Positions 31,996-32,000 of a stretch of 32,000 nucleotides of DNA are shown in pieces. This DNA comes from an archaeon. Its GTDB lineage: Archaea; Iainarchaeota; Iainarchaeia; Iainarchaeales; JANQMZ01. The position numbers and the translations under genes are program-made. The DNA lies in the NCBI GenBank assembly GCA_028279805.1, contig JANQMZ010000007.1:821279-853278 (forward strand), written 5' to 3'. The notes under the pieces are model-generated. The model did not search any database, was not told the origin of the DNA, and worked only from the letters and a program-made list of their open reading frames with translations. Each line of letters starts with the position of its first letter. The first letter of the stretch is position 1.

Positions 31996-32000
31996 AGGAT

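Noticed and set aside
1-32000. Search for CRISPR arrays, cas genes, integrases/transposases, toxin-antitoxin pairs, rRNA genes and prophage structural genes
   Set aside because: None was recognised by eye on either strand. The only candidate mobile or accessory segment is the repeat-bracketed 4.1-9.2 kb island, which lacks its own recombinase.

Overview
Low-GC archaeal contig. Evidence: a group II chaperonin, Alba, a histone-fold protein, Sec61-beta, geranylgeranyl reductase, and TATA boxes about 26 nt upstream of starts. The small proteins and a tRNA-Ile(UAU) suggest a DPANN/Nanoarchaeota-like lineage, but that is inference only. Most of the window is housekeeping: a homocitrate/isopropylmalate synthase plus aconitase-family dehydratase operon, thermosome, IleRS, AlaX, ITPase, a CNNM/CorC transporter, a VIT1 transporter and a blue-copper lipoprotein. 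It also holds surface and membrane genes: two paralogous membrane-anchored proteins and a three-gene block with two GT-C-like proteins. I identified two tRNAs, Ile-UAU and Leu-UAG. By hand translation I also found three genes under 60 aa that are absent from the ORF track (Trm112-like, Sec61-beta, a Cys-rich mini-protein), plus a candidate C/D box sRNA with its own promoter. The stand-out region is 4105-9087. It is a tightly packed minus-strand five-gene operon: ParB/Srx-like, small PD-(D/E)xK nuclease, SNF2 ATPase, second ParB/Srx-like, SPPY DNA methyltransferase. It looks more AT-rich than its surroundings and is bracketed by a 15-bp direct repeat whose right copy lies in the 3' end of a kinase-like gene. 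I read it as an inserted, possibly undescribed restriction-modification-like defence cassette. All functional calls come from motif recognition by eye; no database search was possible.
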